Source: an uncultured delta proteobacterium (GTDB lineage: Bacteria > Desulfobacterota > Binatia > UBA9968). From it: a stretch of 64,000 bases of DNA. Within the stretch, counting starts at the first letter, position 1. The number at the start of each line of letters is the position of its first letter. The notes below the pieces were generated by a model that did not search any database, was not told the DNA's origin, and was given only the letters and a program-made list of their open reading frames with translations. Both the position numbers and the translations under genes were made by a program. Below are positions 42,830 through 54,189 of the stretch, piece after piece. The DNA is taken from contig CAWJBB010000039.1 in assembly GCA_963840855.1 (NCBI GenBank), positions 1 through 64,000 of the forward strand, written 5' to 3'.

Positions 42830-44985
42830 TCAATTGATCGGCACATCCCCAGCCGTACCCCAACCCACGAACTGACTGCCTCCGCTCGAATTCGATGATA
42901 AACCATGCCCCGTCTCTAAACACCGCCACGTCCGTCTTGCCGTCCCCGTCATAGTCCGCCGGCACCGGTTTATCCTGTGCCGCTCCACCCCAACCCACTA
43001 CCTGTATCCCCCCGCTCGAATTGTTGATAAACCAGATCCCGTCTCTATACACCGCTACATCCGTCTTACCATCCCCGTCATAGTCCCCGGGCACCGGCAC
43101 ATCTCCTGCCGTACCCCAACCCACGAACTGACTGCCTCCGCTCGAATTCAAGATAAACCAGGCACCGTCACGGAAGACCGCTACATCCGTCTTACCGTCC
43201 CCGTCATAGTCCGCCGGCACCGGTATATCCTGTGCCGCTCCGCCCCAACCCACTACCTGTACTTCCCCGCTCGAATTCATAGATAAACCATGATACCGTC
43301 GCGGAACACCGCTACATCCGTCTTACCATCCCCATCATAGTCCCCGGGCACCGGCACATCTCCCGCCGTACCCCAACCCACGAACTGACTGCCTCCGCTC
43401 GAATTCAAGATAAACCAGACACCGTCACGGAAGACCGCTACATCACTCTTCCCATCCCCATCGTAGTCCCCTTGCACTGGAACGTCTTGGGCTGCTCCGC
43501 CCCATCCGACCACCGTGTTTCCTCCATTTGAGTTCAGAATGAACCATGCCCCGTTGCGGTATACCCCGACGTCGGTCTTTTTGTCACCGTCAAAATCGTT
43601 TTCGGTGCTGCCTTTCATTATCGTAAAATAGTCGCCCACAACACCCGTGGTGTCGTCGATGAACCGGGCGTCAAGTCGATTGCCGTTGATGTCGAGCACG
43701 AGTGAGCCAAACTTCTCCAGGAAGATATAGCCGGCCGGGTGAATCTCGCCGTTCGAGGCTCAGCCTGCTCGAACTGCCGACTATGGCATACACCGCGCCT
43801 TTGTGCGGCCGCCGTCCAGCGCTGGCTTTTCGTATGGACCGGTATCGTCAACGCGGCCGCTGCCGCCATCAACTTTCATGCCTGCGGTAAACGTAGGTCG
43901 ATAAGCCATAGTGGCCGTCGATCAGATAGGATCTTTGATACCACTGGGCGTGCGCAGTTAGCACAAGATCGACGCCGCCCGCCTCGAGGATCGGCAACAC
44001 GTTTTCCCGCATCTCAACATTTAGTATAGGGTCAGTATCCGAATCAAGCGAGCCCTTGGAATAAGGCGGGTGGTGCCAATAGGCGATGATCCACGGCTTC
44101 GTGGTCGCTGCCAGATCATTTGTCAACCAGGTCAGCATGGCGCCGCTCGTTGCACGGCTGGTTTCGAACGAATCAAGCACGATAAAATGAATATTGCCGA
44201 AGTCGAAAGAATAATAAGCTTCCGTTCCCGAGGCTACGCCACCGGCTTCGCCGTAACTTGGGCAGCGTGAAAATATCATAATAGGGCCCGGTCTGGGTCG
44301 CCGAGTCAGCCGTCACGCCGTCGTGATTCCCTAAGGTCGGCCACACCACCGATTGGCGCAGCAGCGTCGGGTACATGTTGAATACCGCATTCTGGTACTC
44401 CAGGTCCGTACCGCTCTCATAGGCATTGTCCCCCAGCATCAACCACAGATCGGTATGGCGCGTGCCGGTAAAATTGAGGTAGGCATTGCGCACCGCCGCC
44501 GCTTTCAACCCTCCGCCGGGGACGCCCCGTCGCCGGAATCGCCGATGACCCAGATACGCGTCGGTTGCGCCACCCCGGGCGGCGGCGCGGTAGCAAAAAA
44601 ATGACCGCTATCGCCGCCAGCCAGAACCTGGGTAGTGCTGCCGATGGAATAATAATAAAGCGTATCGGGCGTGAGACCGGTGAGCGTCACGATGTGCTCG
44701 GTGGTGGCCGCCGGCAAGTCGACAGTATTGGTAAGACTAGTTGGGCTGGCACCATACCGGACCCGGCTATTGGTCGCTGCGCTGGTGCGCCATCGGATGA
44801 CAATGCTCGTCGACGTGCCCAGTTGGAGGTAAGGGCCGCGAGTAACCGTTTGTGCGATCGCGACATTCGAGTCGCAAAGCGCAATTGCCGCAGGCGAAGA
44901 GCAGAACCAGCCGCCACACCGGCAAGGTTCGAAACTTGGTCAAAGGGCGCTCCGCGCCGGCAAGATAGTCATACTGTTTTTTCAT
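42830..44985 (-). CDS. Secreted purple-acid-phosphatase-like metallophosphoesterase with 6 FG-GAP-like repeats (copy A); many frameshifts
   Basis: RGPYLQ, IGDSG, LGDNAY, LGNHD, WHHPPY spread over several frames; collinear with copy B. Confidence 0.85.
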
Positions 44986-45235
44986 GGGTCTCCGTTTCAC
45001 GGCAAACAAAGCTGTGCGCCATTTGCGTAGCAACATCCTATGATTAAAGATGAAAGACTCGTGCCGCGAACCACTTGAGGCTCAGGAACGATGGCATATA
45101 GCCGCGACTTGTATTGCAGGGCGTTGTACCTCTTGTCTCAGTTTCGCGAAATAAATCGCTCGTCGTACCGGTCAAGACCTCGAAGCGATGAGTAGTCATC
45201 GCCAATGACGTAACACCCGCCAGACTTGTCGGGGA

Positions 45236-45264
45236 TATATATTGATTTCGAAGCGGACTGTCAA
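45236..45264 (-). promoter_or_regulatory. sigma70 promoter upstream of phosphoesterase A
   Basis: TTGACA-N17-TATATA on the minus strand. Confidence 0.7.
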
Positions 45265-45283
45265 CGTGACAAAAATACACAAC

Positions 45284-45319
45284 AAAAACCGGCAGCCCTC
45301 TGACGAGCTGCCGGTTTTT
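45284..45319. terminator. Bidirectional intrinsic terminator
   Basis: AAAAACCGGCAGC-N10-GCTGCCGGTTTTT downstream of phosphoesterase B. Confidence 0.75.
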
Positions 45320-45482
45320 CTTAAATTCTCTGAAGTTATCTAACTGTCCTGTGAAGGCCGAGAATTGCGTTGATTGTCTATGTTTGAACCACCGCAACAA
45401 CGTTCTCGAGGATGTTTGATCACCTGTCTGAATATTTTAATCCGGTTTTCGAGTTTTAAAGTCCCCTTTCATCTGAGCCCTC

Positions 45483-47636
45483 TCAATTGATCGGTATATC
45501 CCCAGCCGTGCCCCAGCCGACCACTTGCGTCCCGCCGCTCGACTTGAGGATATACCACGCTCCATCTCTAAATATCGCCACATCCGTCCTTCCCGTCCCC
45601 ATCATAGTCCGCCGGCACCGGCACATCCTGCGCCGCTCCACCCCAACCCATTGCCTGTGTCCCGCCATTCGAATTCATGATGTACCACGCCCCACTGCGA
45701 TATACCGCCACGTCCGTCTTGCCGTCCCCGTCGTAATCCCCAGGCACCGGCACATCCTGCTGCCGCTCCACCCCAGCCCACTGCCTGTGTCCCTCCGGTC
45801 GATTTCACGATGAACCACGCCCCACTGCGATATACCGCCACGTCCGTCTTGCCATCCCCGTCGTAATCCCCAGGCACCGGCACGTCCTGCTGCCACTCCC
45901 CAGCTCACCACCTGAATCCCGCCCGTAGATTTCAAGATAAACCACGTTCCGTTTCTAAACACCGCTACATCTGCTCTTGCCGTCGCCGTCATAATCCGCG
46001 GGTACCGGCACATCCCCCGCCGTACCCCAATTTACTACCTGACTCCCGCCCGTAGACTTCAAGATAAACCAGGCCCCGCTCGCGGAAGACTGCTACATCA
46101 CTCTTCCCGTCGCCGTCGTAGTCCGCTTGCACTGGAATATCCTGGGTTGCTCCACCCCAACCTACCGCGCTCATCCCGCCATTGGAGTTTAAAATGAACC
46201 ATGCGCCATTGCGGTACACCGCCACGTCGGTCTTTTTGTCACCGTCAAAATCAACCTGCGGCTTCTGTGTGGTGCCGCCTTTCATAATCGTAAAATAGTC
46301 GCCCACGGCGCCCGCGCTGTCGATGAATCGAGCGTCAAGACGATTGCCGTCGATGTCGAGCACCAGTGAGCCGAGCTTGTTGAGCAAGATAAAGTTACTA
46401 GGGTGATTCAATGCGGGGCTTAGCTTGCCTGAACTACCGGCTACGACGTACACCGCGCCTTGGTGCGGCACGGCATCCAGGGCTGACTTTTCGTAAGGAC
46501 CGGTATCATCGACACGCCCGCTGCCACCGTCAACTTTCATGCCTGCCGTAAACGAGCTCGATAAACCATAGTGGCCGTCGATCAGGTAAGATCTCTGATA
46601 CCAGTGGGCGTGTCCCGTCGAGCACAAGATCGACGCCGCCCGCCTCGAGGATCGGCAGCACGTTTTGACGCATCTGCTTTTGTATAGGGTCAGTATCCGA
46701 ATTATGAGAACCATCAGCGCCGTTGGAATAAGGCGGGTGGTGCCAATAGGCGATGATCCACGGCTGCGTGGTCGCTGCCAGATCACTAGTTAACCAGGTA
46801 AGCATGGCGCCGTTCGGCGCGCGGCTGGATTCGAACGAATCAAGCACGATAAAATGAATATTACCGAAGTCGAATGAATAATAAGCTTCCGTTCCCGAGG
46901 CTACGCCGCCTGCTTCGGCGTTCCTGGGCACCGAGAAAATATCAAAATAAGGCCCGCTCTGGCTTGCCGAGTCAGCCGAGACGCTGTCGTGATTACCCAA
47001 CGTCGGCCACAACACAGATTGGCGCAGCAGCGTCGGGTACATGTTGAATACCGCATTCTGGAATTCCGCGTCCGTACCGCTCTCATAGGCATTATCTCCC
47101 AACATCAACCACAGATCGGTATGGCGCGCGCCGGTAAAATTGAGATACGCGTCGCGCACCGCCGCCGCGTTCGCGTCTGCAGTGCCGGAATCGCCGATGA
47201 CCCAGATCCGCGTCGGTTGCGCCACTCCAGTTGGCGGCGCGGTGACAAAAAAATGACTGCTATCGCCGCCGGCCAGGACTTGATTAGTATTGCCGACGGA
47301 ATAGTAATAAAGCGTGTCGGGCGTGAGTCCGGTGAGCCGCACCGCGTGGTCGGTCCTGACCGTCGACGAGTCGGCGATATTTGTAAGCGCAGCCGGGCTG
47401 AAACCAAAGCGCACTCGGCCATTGGTTGGCAGGTCCGTACGCCAGCGGATGACAACGCCCGTTGAGCTGCCCAGTTGCAGGTAAGGGCCGCGGGTGACCG
47501 TTTGTGCCAGAGCGACATTCGAATCGCAAAGCGCTACTGCCAATGCAACTAGCAGAACCAGCCGCCACTCCGGCAACCGTCGAGCCTTGGTCATCGAGCG
47601 CTTCACGCCGGCAAGATAGTCGTACGGTTTTTTCAT
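45483..47636 (-). CDS. Secreted purple-acid-phosphatase-like metallophosphoesterase with 6 FG-GAP-like repeats (copy B); frameshifts from ~46615 onward
   Basis: FN3-like N-domain, GDSG/GDNAY/GNHD/HHPPY/GHAH metal motifs; ends GDIPIN*. Confidence 0.88.
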
Positions 47637-47661
47637 GGGTCCCCGTTGCAGAGAGAAATCT

Positions 47662-48651
47662 CTATCGTTGAGATTCCTCGAGTTTCGCCAGCGACGCGCG
47701 CGCCTGGGCCTCTAAATCCAGCACTGTTTTGGTCCGCCGCCGGCTGGCCGGTAGTGTGTTGATCGCCGTCAAGGCGGCGTTTAAGGAATCGCGGGCTTCA
47801 GAAACCCGGCCGGCATCGGCCAAGATCGCGGCGCGCTGCACCAGCCATTGCTCTTTTCGCGGCATGCGCGACAAAAGCTTATCGATGCGCGCGACCGCGG
47901 CGTCATGCCGGCCGCGACGCAGTTCGAGATCGATCGCCAGGGTTTCCAAGGTCACCAGCGGACCGAGCCGAGTCATTCCTTCCTCCAGGCCGCGCAACGC
48001 TTCATCGATCCCCTCAAACTGTGTGGCAGAAAGGCGCGCTCGTTCCAAAAACCAGTCGGGCTGCGGCCGCGTGCTGCGCGCGATGGCTCTGTCCAAGTCG
48101 GCTATCGCTTCGTTAACCGCGCCAAGCTGTGCCAGCGCCCGCGCACGCAATACGTTAGCCTCCGCATGGTCACCGTTGAATTCAAAAAACTTATCGAGAG
48201 CCTGTTTCGCATCTTCGGTGCGACCCGACTCGAGCAGCGTTTCGCCGCGGCGCAGGTGAACAACGTAAGCGTTTGGATCGAGTTCGGCGGCACGGTCGAA
48301 ATCGCGCAGCGCGGCTTCCCAGTCACGGTGCGTATGGTGCAGTTGCCCGCGCTTTATAAACAGAGCGGCATTCCCCGGTTCGCGCTCGATCTGTTTGGTG
48401 ACAATTTCGACTCGGGCTTCGATTTCGGGATGAGCCGCAACGGTGACAGGAAGAAACAAAGTTATCTGGCATGCGACCGCAGCGGCGCGCCACCTACGCT
48501 GCAACAACCGATGATTGGAAGGTGAACAATCCGCTGCGCCATTCACCTTTGGCTCAGGCCCAAGGGCAAGAATCGGCGAGTTTACTTTGAGACGTCGCAT
48601 CTCTTGTCTCCGTTCCACAAGATCACACGCGGCACCGGCTATCCTCCGCAC
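47662..48651 (-). CDS. Tetratricopeptide-repeat protein, probably exported
   Basis: Helical A..DFDRAAELDP and AIADLDRAI repeats; AAH cleavage-like site; start uncertain. Confidence 0.8.
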   Translation of the reverse strand: MRRIAGAACDLVERRQEMRRLKVNSPILALGPEPKVNGAADCSPSNHRLLQRRWRAAAVACQITLFLPVTVAAHPEIEARVEIVTKQIEREPGNAALFIKRGQLHHTHRDWEAALRDFDRAAELDPNAYVVHLRRGETLLESGRTEDAKQALDKFFEFNGDHAEANVLRARALAQLGAVNEAIADLDRAIARSTRPQPDWFLERARLSATQFEGIDEALRGLEEGMTRLGPLVTLETLAIDLELRRGRHDAAVARIDKLLSRMPRKEQWLVQRAAILADAGRVSEARDSLNAALTAINTLPASRRRTKTVLDLEAQARASLAKLEESQR

Positions 48652-49202
48652 TGCCTTACAACAGCTTCAAAACACGCAGCATCGTCGCCGCCCCTTGTAT
48701 CAAAACTCGGATGTAATTGAAACTCTGCCGTCGACTGATCGAGGTAGTGCTGTTAAACCCGGATTCCGCAGTTGGTTAAAAAAGATTTCCGTGAGCGAAA
48801 AAAGTGATCGCACAATATGTCTTTACAGCATCGTGACAATCTTGCGGCCATTCACCGCTTTCAACTGCGGCGCAGTTGGAATCCCCCGGATAAGTAGTTG
48901 AATCGTAAAGCCTGATTTTTGTTCATATATCTCATTGCAGTTTCGACTGCGGAATCCGGCTATAACACTGCCCCAACCGATGCTTTTCCTGGTCTGTTGC
49001 GACACATGGAGTGTGCGTTGTCTTTGCAAGTTGCTTGTCACTCCCGGCCTCCAGATGAAAAACCCGACGATGAGACCCCAACCGCCCGGACTCAGCCAGC
49101 CGCTATCCGAGCAAGGACAACAGGTCGGCTTCTCGTGACGTGTCACTGGGACCAAGCATGTACGATAGTGGCAACCCACACCGCCATGTTAAGCTCGACG
49201 GA

Positions 49203-50770
49203 CTAGCTTAAATTGGATGAATTTGGCAGGCCGCGGTTGTTTCTAAACCTGCGTTTAACCGCCGCAAGGATGGAATCGTATATCCTGCGTCGCCAGCTCC
49301 CTGGAACGAAGAAATAGCGATCCTTGAGGGTTCTAAACTTGCTCGTCACAAGCCAACCAAAACTTCCGTAGACCATATCCAGGGTCATATTTTGATTCTG
49401 AAGGACAACGCCGAGGCGAGACAATTCACTATTCAAACGCTTTTGCTTGAGCTCATGCTGCGCTAACTGAAGATCCTTTTCACGCAGAATGTTTGCCTGG
49501 GTCTCATAGCGCTCCGTTAATTGTGCGTTGGTCACTCTCAACTGGGTCCCTTCTTGAATTAGCGCATCTCGCTCCGTTATCAGTTCGGCGACGTACGCGC
49601 CTCTTTCCGCGAGTGCCTGCTCCCTGCCAGTTAGCGTTGTTTCAAGGCGGGTGACCTCCTGCAAAAGCCGGTGGTTTTCTGCCGCGAAATTTCTTAGATC
49701 CATGTCTTGTTGCGCGATCCGCTGATTTTGAGTTTTTGCAACCCTCCCGGCTTCCCGGTGTGGCCATCATGTTCCGCTATTTCTTGGATTAACCTGGCAT
49801 TCTCATTTTCTCGACCAGCCAAGGCCTGCTTGAGAACTGTAACTTGCCCGTCGCGGTCGGCGACGCTCCGGGTTAACCGCGCAATCTCGCCATCACGTCG
49901 CGTCATGTAGCGAAGGGCGGGAAAAATCTCCTGGAGGCGTTGCTCCAAACAACGAAAAGACTTGCGGACTTCCGCGGAGTCCAACGACAACTCGTCCCGT
50001 GCGAGCTTTTCTAGCAGTGCATACGCCTCGATCGCTTCTTTGGGCACGGCGGGATCGAGTCCGAGATCTTCGAGTTGAAAGCGTGAGTGACGTAGCCGTT
50101 CATCTAAAAACTCTCCCGTGTACTCATCGATCCCGGCCTCGTCTGCAACAAAACGCAAGTCGAGCGCTTTGACTATCCGGCGCAGCTGCTCCGCGGGTCG
50201 ATCCATGAGACGGTCGTAACTCACCACCACCCTGGGACTTCCCTCGCTGCCGAGAATGCTGGGAACCATATGTCCGAGCCACAAATAGTGTGCTTTTTCA
50301 TCGTCGAAGCCGTCCCGTTTCTCGAGAGACCGCGCCACGCTCATAGGATGGCGGGATGCAATGACGTATGCGACATCAGCGCCCACGTGTTCGAACACGC
50401 TTTTCCAGAAGCGCAATAACCGCGCGGTACGAGGATCCTTAATTCCAAATACCAATGAACCGTCAATTTTCTTTCGGACCATCTCGATGGCACGCAGCCT
50501 GAATGGCACCAGATCCTCGCGCTCGAACTCCGACGCATCGATCGGCTGAAGCGCGTGCCAATCCTGTCCCAAATGACGCATCAGTTCGATGTTGAACCCG
50601 TTCACATCATGGTCTTCCCAAAATCCCTTTTCGTTATCTCCCTCGATAGCGGGCATAAGGCGATCGCCCAATTCCACCCCCAGCGCTTTGAGACCGCGCG
50701 TGAGCGCACTCGTACCAGAGCGATGCATTCCAAGCACGATAATTAGACGCTGTCGAACGTTTTGCATCAT
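49203..50770 (-). CDS. Sulfotransferase-family protein with long C-terminal coiled coil, split by a probable frameshift at ~49760
   Basis: VLGMHRSGTS, N.KGFWE, KDPR, RHP.SVA.SL..RD; downstream ORF is heptad-rich and ends S.GW.VT..FR. Confidence 0.8.
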
Positions 50771-50965
50771 TGGGCTGCCACTGCCGCTGTTCCATTAAGG
50801 GTAAAATTGGCTTGCAAGGGAAAAGGTGAAACAATCAAGTGAGCGCTACAGGTCATCGGCAAGATGATAACGTATTTTTTTAGCCACCGGAAACCATTTC
50901 CCGCACCGGCTTTGGTGACTAGAAGGATGCTAAAAAAAGGAATTCCATCCTTCGACAGGCTGAGA

Positions 50966-51262
50966 GAGTTTCGGCTCTACTTGCCGGAAAAGTGGGCTAA
51001 GGATCGGCGGCGGCGGAAAAAAGCCCGTGTACCCAAGGGAGTGAAGTTTCTTACTAAACCCGAAATCGCACTGGAGCAGATCCGGACGGAGAAAGGTGGG
51101 TGAGTTGCGGCTGGCATCGTGCTGGCGGATGCGGCCTACGACAATAAGTTGGCGCGAGGCGTTGAGCGCGATGGGGTTGGAGCGCTGCGCGTGCGGGCGG
51201 CGCATCGCGATGAAAAGCGTAAGACCCTGCGTGAAGAACAATCGTTGCTGATCGAATGGTTG
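50966..51262 (+). mobile_element. IS701-family transposase remnant with internal deletions
   Basis: RLYLPEKWAKD..RRKKARVP..VKF.TKPEIAL, VLADAAY, LLIEW. Confidence 0.78.
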
Positions 51263-51526
51263 CGTACAGGTTCTTGCTGGCAGACCGGCTTAAACATGGC
51301 GGCTCTAAAAAACTCCACTCAATCAAAAACGCCTTCTCTACCCGCATTACACACCTCGCGGGAGCTGCGGACCGAGCCTAACGTGGGCGATTCGATGGGG
51401 CAATTAGCCGCTAGGAAAAGAACCTTTTTGCCAACAAAGAATAGCGCCGAACCAGCGCCGCCACTGGCAAGAATTCAAGCTGCGATACCACTGCCCCGGA
51501 AGTGGTTGACATCGAAGAATATGATC

Positions 51527-53401
51527 CTAATTGATCGGCACGTCTCCCACCGTGCCCCAGCCTACGACCTCTGACGTGCTATCTGACGAACGTAAGATGA
51601 ACCATGCACCGTTCCTAAACACCGCCACATCCGTCTTCCCATCGCCATCGTAATCCGCCGGTACTGGCACATCCCCCGCCATTCCCCAACCCACTACCTG
51701 ACTCCCACCGCTTGATTTCAAGATCCACCATGCACCGTTCCTGAACACCGCTTCATCCGTCTCCCCGTCCCCATCATAATCCCCAGGCACCGGCACATCC
51801 CCCGCCATTCCCCAACCCACTACCTGACTCCCACCGCTTGATTTCAAGATCCACCATGCACCGTTCCTGAACACCGCTTCATCCGTCTCCCCGTCCCCAT
51901 CATAATCCCCAGGCACCGGCACATCCCCCGCCATTCCCCAACCCACTACCTGACTCCCACCGCTTGATTTCAAGATCCACCATGCACCGTTCCTGAACAC
52001 CGCTTCATCCGTCTCCCCGTCCCCATCATAATCCCCAGGCACCGGCACATCCTGGGCTGCCCCTCCCCATCCTACTACCTGGTTGCCGCCGCTCGATTTC
52101 ATAATATACCACTCGCCGCTGCGATAGATCGCCACATCCGCCTTCCCGTCCCCATCGTAGTCCGCCGCTACCGGCACATCCTGGGGTGCCCCTCCCCAAC
52201 CCACCACCGTCATTCCTCCGTTGGAGTTTTGGATAAACCATGCGCCATTACGGTACACCGTTATATCGGTCGCGCCGTCGTTGTCAAAATCATTTACTCC
52301 GCCGCCGATTTTGAGCGCCGTGCCTTGGAATACAAATCCATCGCTGTCGGAACCAACAAAAGATACTACAGTTTTGCTCCCACTCATTTTGCCATGCGAT
52401 ATCGTCTCAACAAACGCGCCGCCAGAATATTGTATGCTACCGGAAATAACCCCAGCGCCGTCGATCGTCAACGTTCCCCCGCTCACCGAGTCGGGGAACG
52501 GATCGGCATCGAAAAAGACGGTTCCACCCGTGATCGCTCCGCTGGAATTGACGATAACGGTACCTCGCTCCATACCAGCGTTGTTGAACAACGGGTCGTC
52601 CCAAAAAGTGTGAAATTGCCACCGCCCAGCCAGATCTGCGGTAGAAAACGCCCCTCCCGCTTTGATAAACTCCCCGGCCAAAACAAAACCAGTATTGTCG
52701 GTCCCCACGTAAGCCCCGGTGGTTTTTCCCGCATCCAGCTTTCCCTGGGAAAGAGTCATCACAAGCCCGCTGGAAAAGTTGATCGTACCCGTAAAAACGC
52801 CACTGCTGTTGATCGAAATCGACCCACCATTGACGTTGACGATTGTATTCAAGTCATTTCTGAAACTGCCGCCTGTAATGGTTCCGCTTGAGTTTGTTAT
52901 TATCGTTCCCCGGGTCCAGCTAGCGGTATCCGCTCCTGGGTCGCCGAGAAAACTGTGAAAATGCCATGTCCCTGCAAGATCGGCGGTAGCAAAGGCTCCT
53001 CCTGCCTTGACCGCGCTTCCCTTTAACCGATAGCCCTGGTTATCGGTGCCGACAAATGATATGAGGTTTTTGCCTTTGTCCATCTTGCCATGCGAAAATG
53101 TCGATGTAACCCCGTTGGACGACACTATCGTTCCTGAAAGAAATCCAAGGTTGTTCACTGACAATGATCCGCTAAGAGTTACCGAATTGTCGGTAAGGGA
53201 ACCGGCAGTGACCACCCCACTACTATTGAACGTGGCGGTTCCCGTCTTCCAACCTGGATCATCGACATTTGGGTGATCAAAAAACACGAATAAATGCCAG
53301 GTTCCTGAAAGATCCGCTCTGCTGAAAGCAGCCGATGACACGCCCGGCATCGATACCACGAGCCAGACAAGAATTGGGACTACGCGCTTAAAAGCCTTCA
53401 T
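51527..53401 (-). CDS. Secreted protein: three ~115-aa beta-rich repeats with 6 FG-GAP-like repeats
   Basis: Signal peptide, GGAGG RBS; DL(S/A)G(T/R)W..GK(M/L) x3; ends GDVPIN*. Confidence 0.88.
   Translation of the reverse strand: MKAFKRVVPILVWLVVSMPGVSSAAFSRADLSGTWHLFVFFDHPNVDDPGWKTGTATFNSSGVVTAGSLTDNSVTLSGSLSVNNLGFLSGTIVSSNGVTSTFSHGKMDKGKNLISFVGTDNQGYRLKGSAVKAGGAFATADLAGTWHFHSFLGDPGADTASWTRGTIITNSSGTITGGSFRNDLNTIVNVNGGSISINSSGVFTGTINFSSGLVMTLSQGKLDAGKTTGAYVGTDNTGFVLAGEFIKAGGAFSTADLAGRWQFHTFWDDPLFNNAGMERGTVIVNSSGAITGGTVFFDADPFPDSVSGGTLTIDGAGVISGSIQYSGGAFVETISHGKMSGSKTVVSFVGSDSDGFVFQGTALKIGGGVNDFDNDGATDITVYRNGAWFIQNSNGGMTVVGWGGAPQDVPVAADYDGDGKADVAIYRSGEWYIMKSSGGNQVVGWGGAAQDVPVPGDYDGDGETDEAVFRNGAWWILKSSGGSQVVGWGMAGDVPVPGDYDGDGETDEAVFRNGAWWILKSSGGSQVVGWGMAGDVPVPGDYDGDGETDEAVFRNGAWWILKSSGGSQVVGWGMAGDVPVPADYDGDGKTDVAVFRNGAWFILRSSDSTSEVVGWGTVGDVPIN
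51666..52052 (-). repeat. Three identical 126-bp tandem units
   Basis: Units start at 51666, 51792, 51918; encode [42 protein letters not shown]. Confidence 0.95.
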
Positions 53402-54020
53402 AAATCTTATCGAACCTCCAAATATAACATCGCGTTTTTGGCAGCTGTTTATGTGGCGTTATCCGCGCATGACGGATCACACCTTGACGGGTTTCTTTTA
53501 CGGGTCGTTGCTATAAAGCCTGACGCAATTTAAGAGCCAGCGCGCTATGGTTCGTCTTATCATTCCCCCTTGTCACAAAAAGTATTTATGTGACCAATCC
53601 GGGAGTAAAAGCGCACATGCAGCTCAGGGCGGGTGGACAATTTCCAGATGACAACGGACGTTTTGGCGGTATGGTCAAAATTTTGACGATTTCATAGGAA
53701 CTCCAGCGGATCACATCAAAAGCGCTGTTGTAAAATCCTGGCGGGATTTGGATCAACAATCCGAACTGATGGCACTAACTAACTAATGATTATCACGACA
53801 ACGGTTATTGGCTCGTGAAAATTTGGATCGATTGAAATGTTTGCGGGGGAGATACTCGGACCAAGGCGAAATTGCGGGCTACACACACCAAGCGCGACGC
53901 TTATGCATCAACTTCCAGTAGCGTAACAAGACATACCGCGCGTCAGAATCAGCGTTCAGCCCAGCGCGGCGAAGCCGTACCCGAAAGGAGTGAGAAGAGA
54001 AACGCGATTTAACCAATAGA

Positions 54021-54059
54021 GTAGGCGAGTGAGCGCTGCTGAGAGTCAGCACGACTCGC
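54021..54059 (+). repeat. GTAG-headed REP-like hairpin
   Basis: GTAG-GCGAGT..TGCTGA-gag-TCAGCA..ACTCGC. Confidence 0.4.
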
Positions 54060-54189
54060 TCACCCTTCGTCGAACCGACCGAGAGGCCCTCTCGTCTATT
54101 CCCCGCCTTCCTGCCGCGACATGGATGGGGCTTGCTAAATTTGAATTTTTCTTTCTTCCCGTCTCATCGTTTGCTAGCATAAGGATCAA

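Noticed and set aside
47729-48525. Long antisense ORFs over the TPR gene (also 52229-52891, 12766-13365, 56007-56561)
   Set aside because: Shadow ORFs of GC-rich genes with clear products on the opposite strand.
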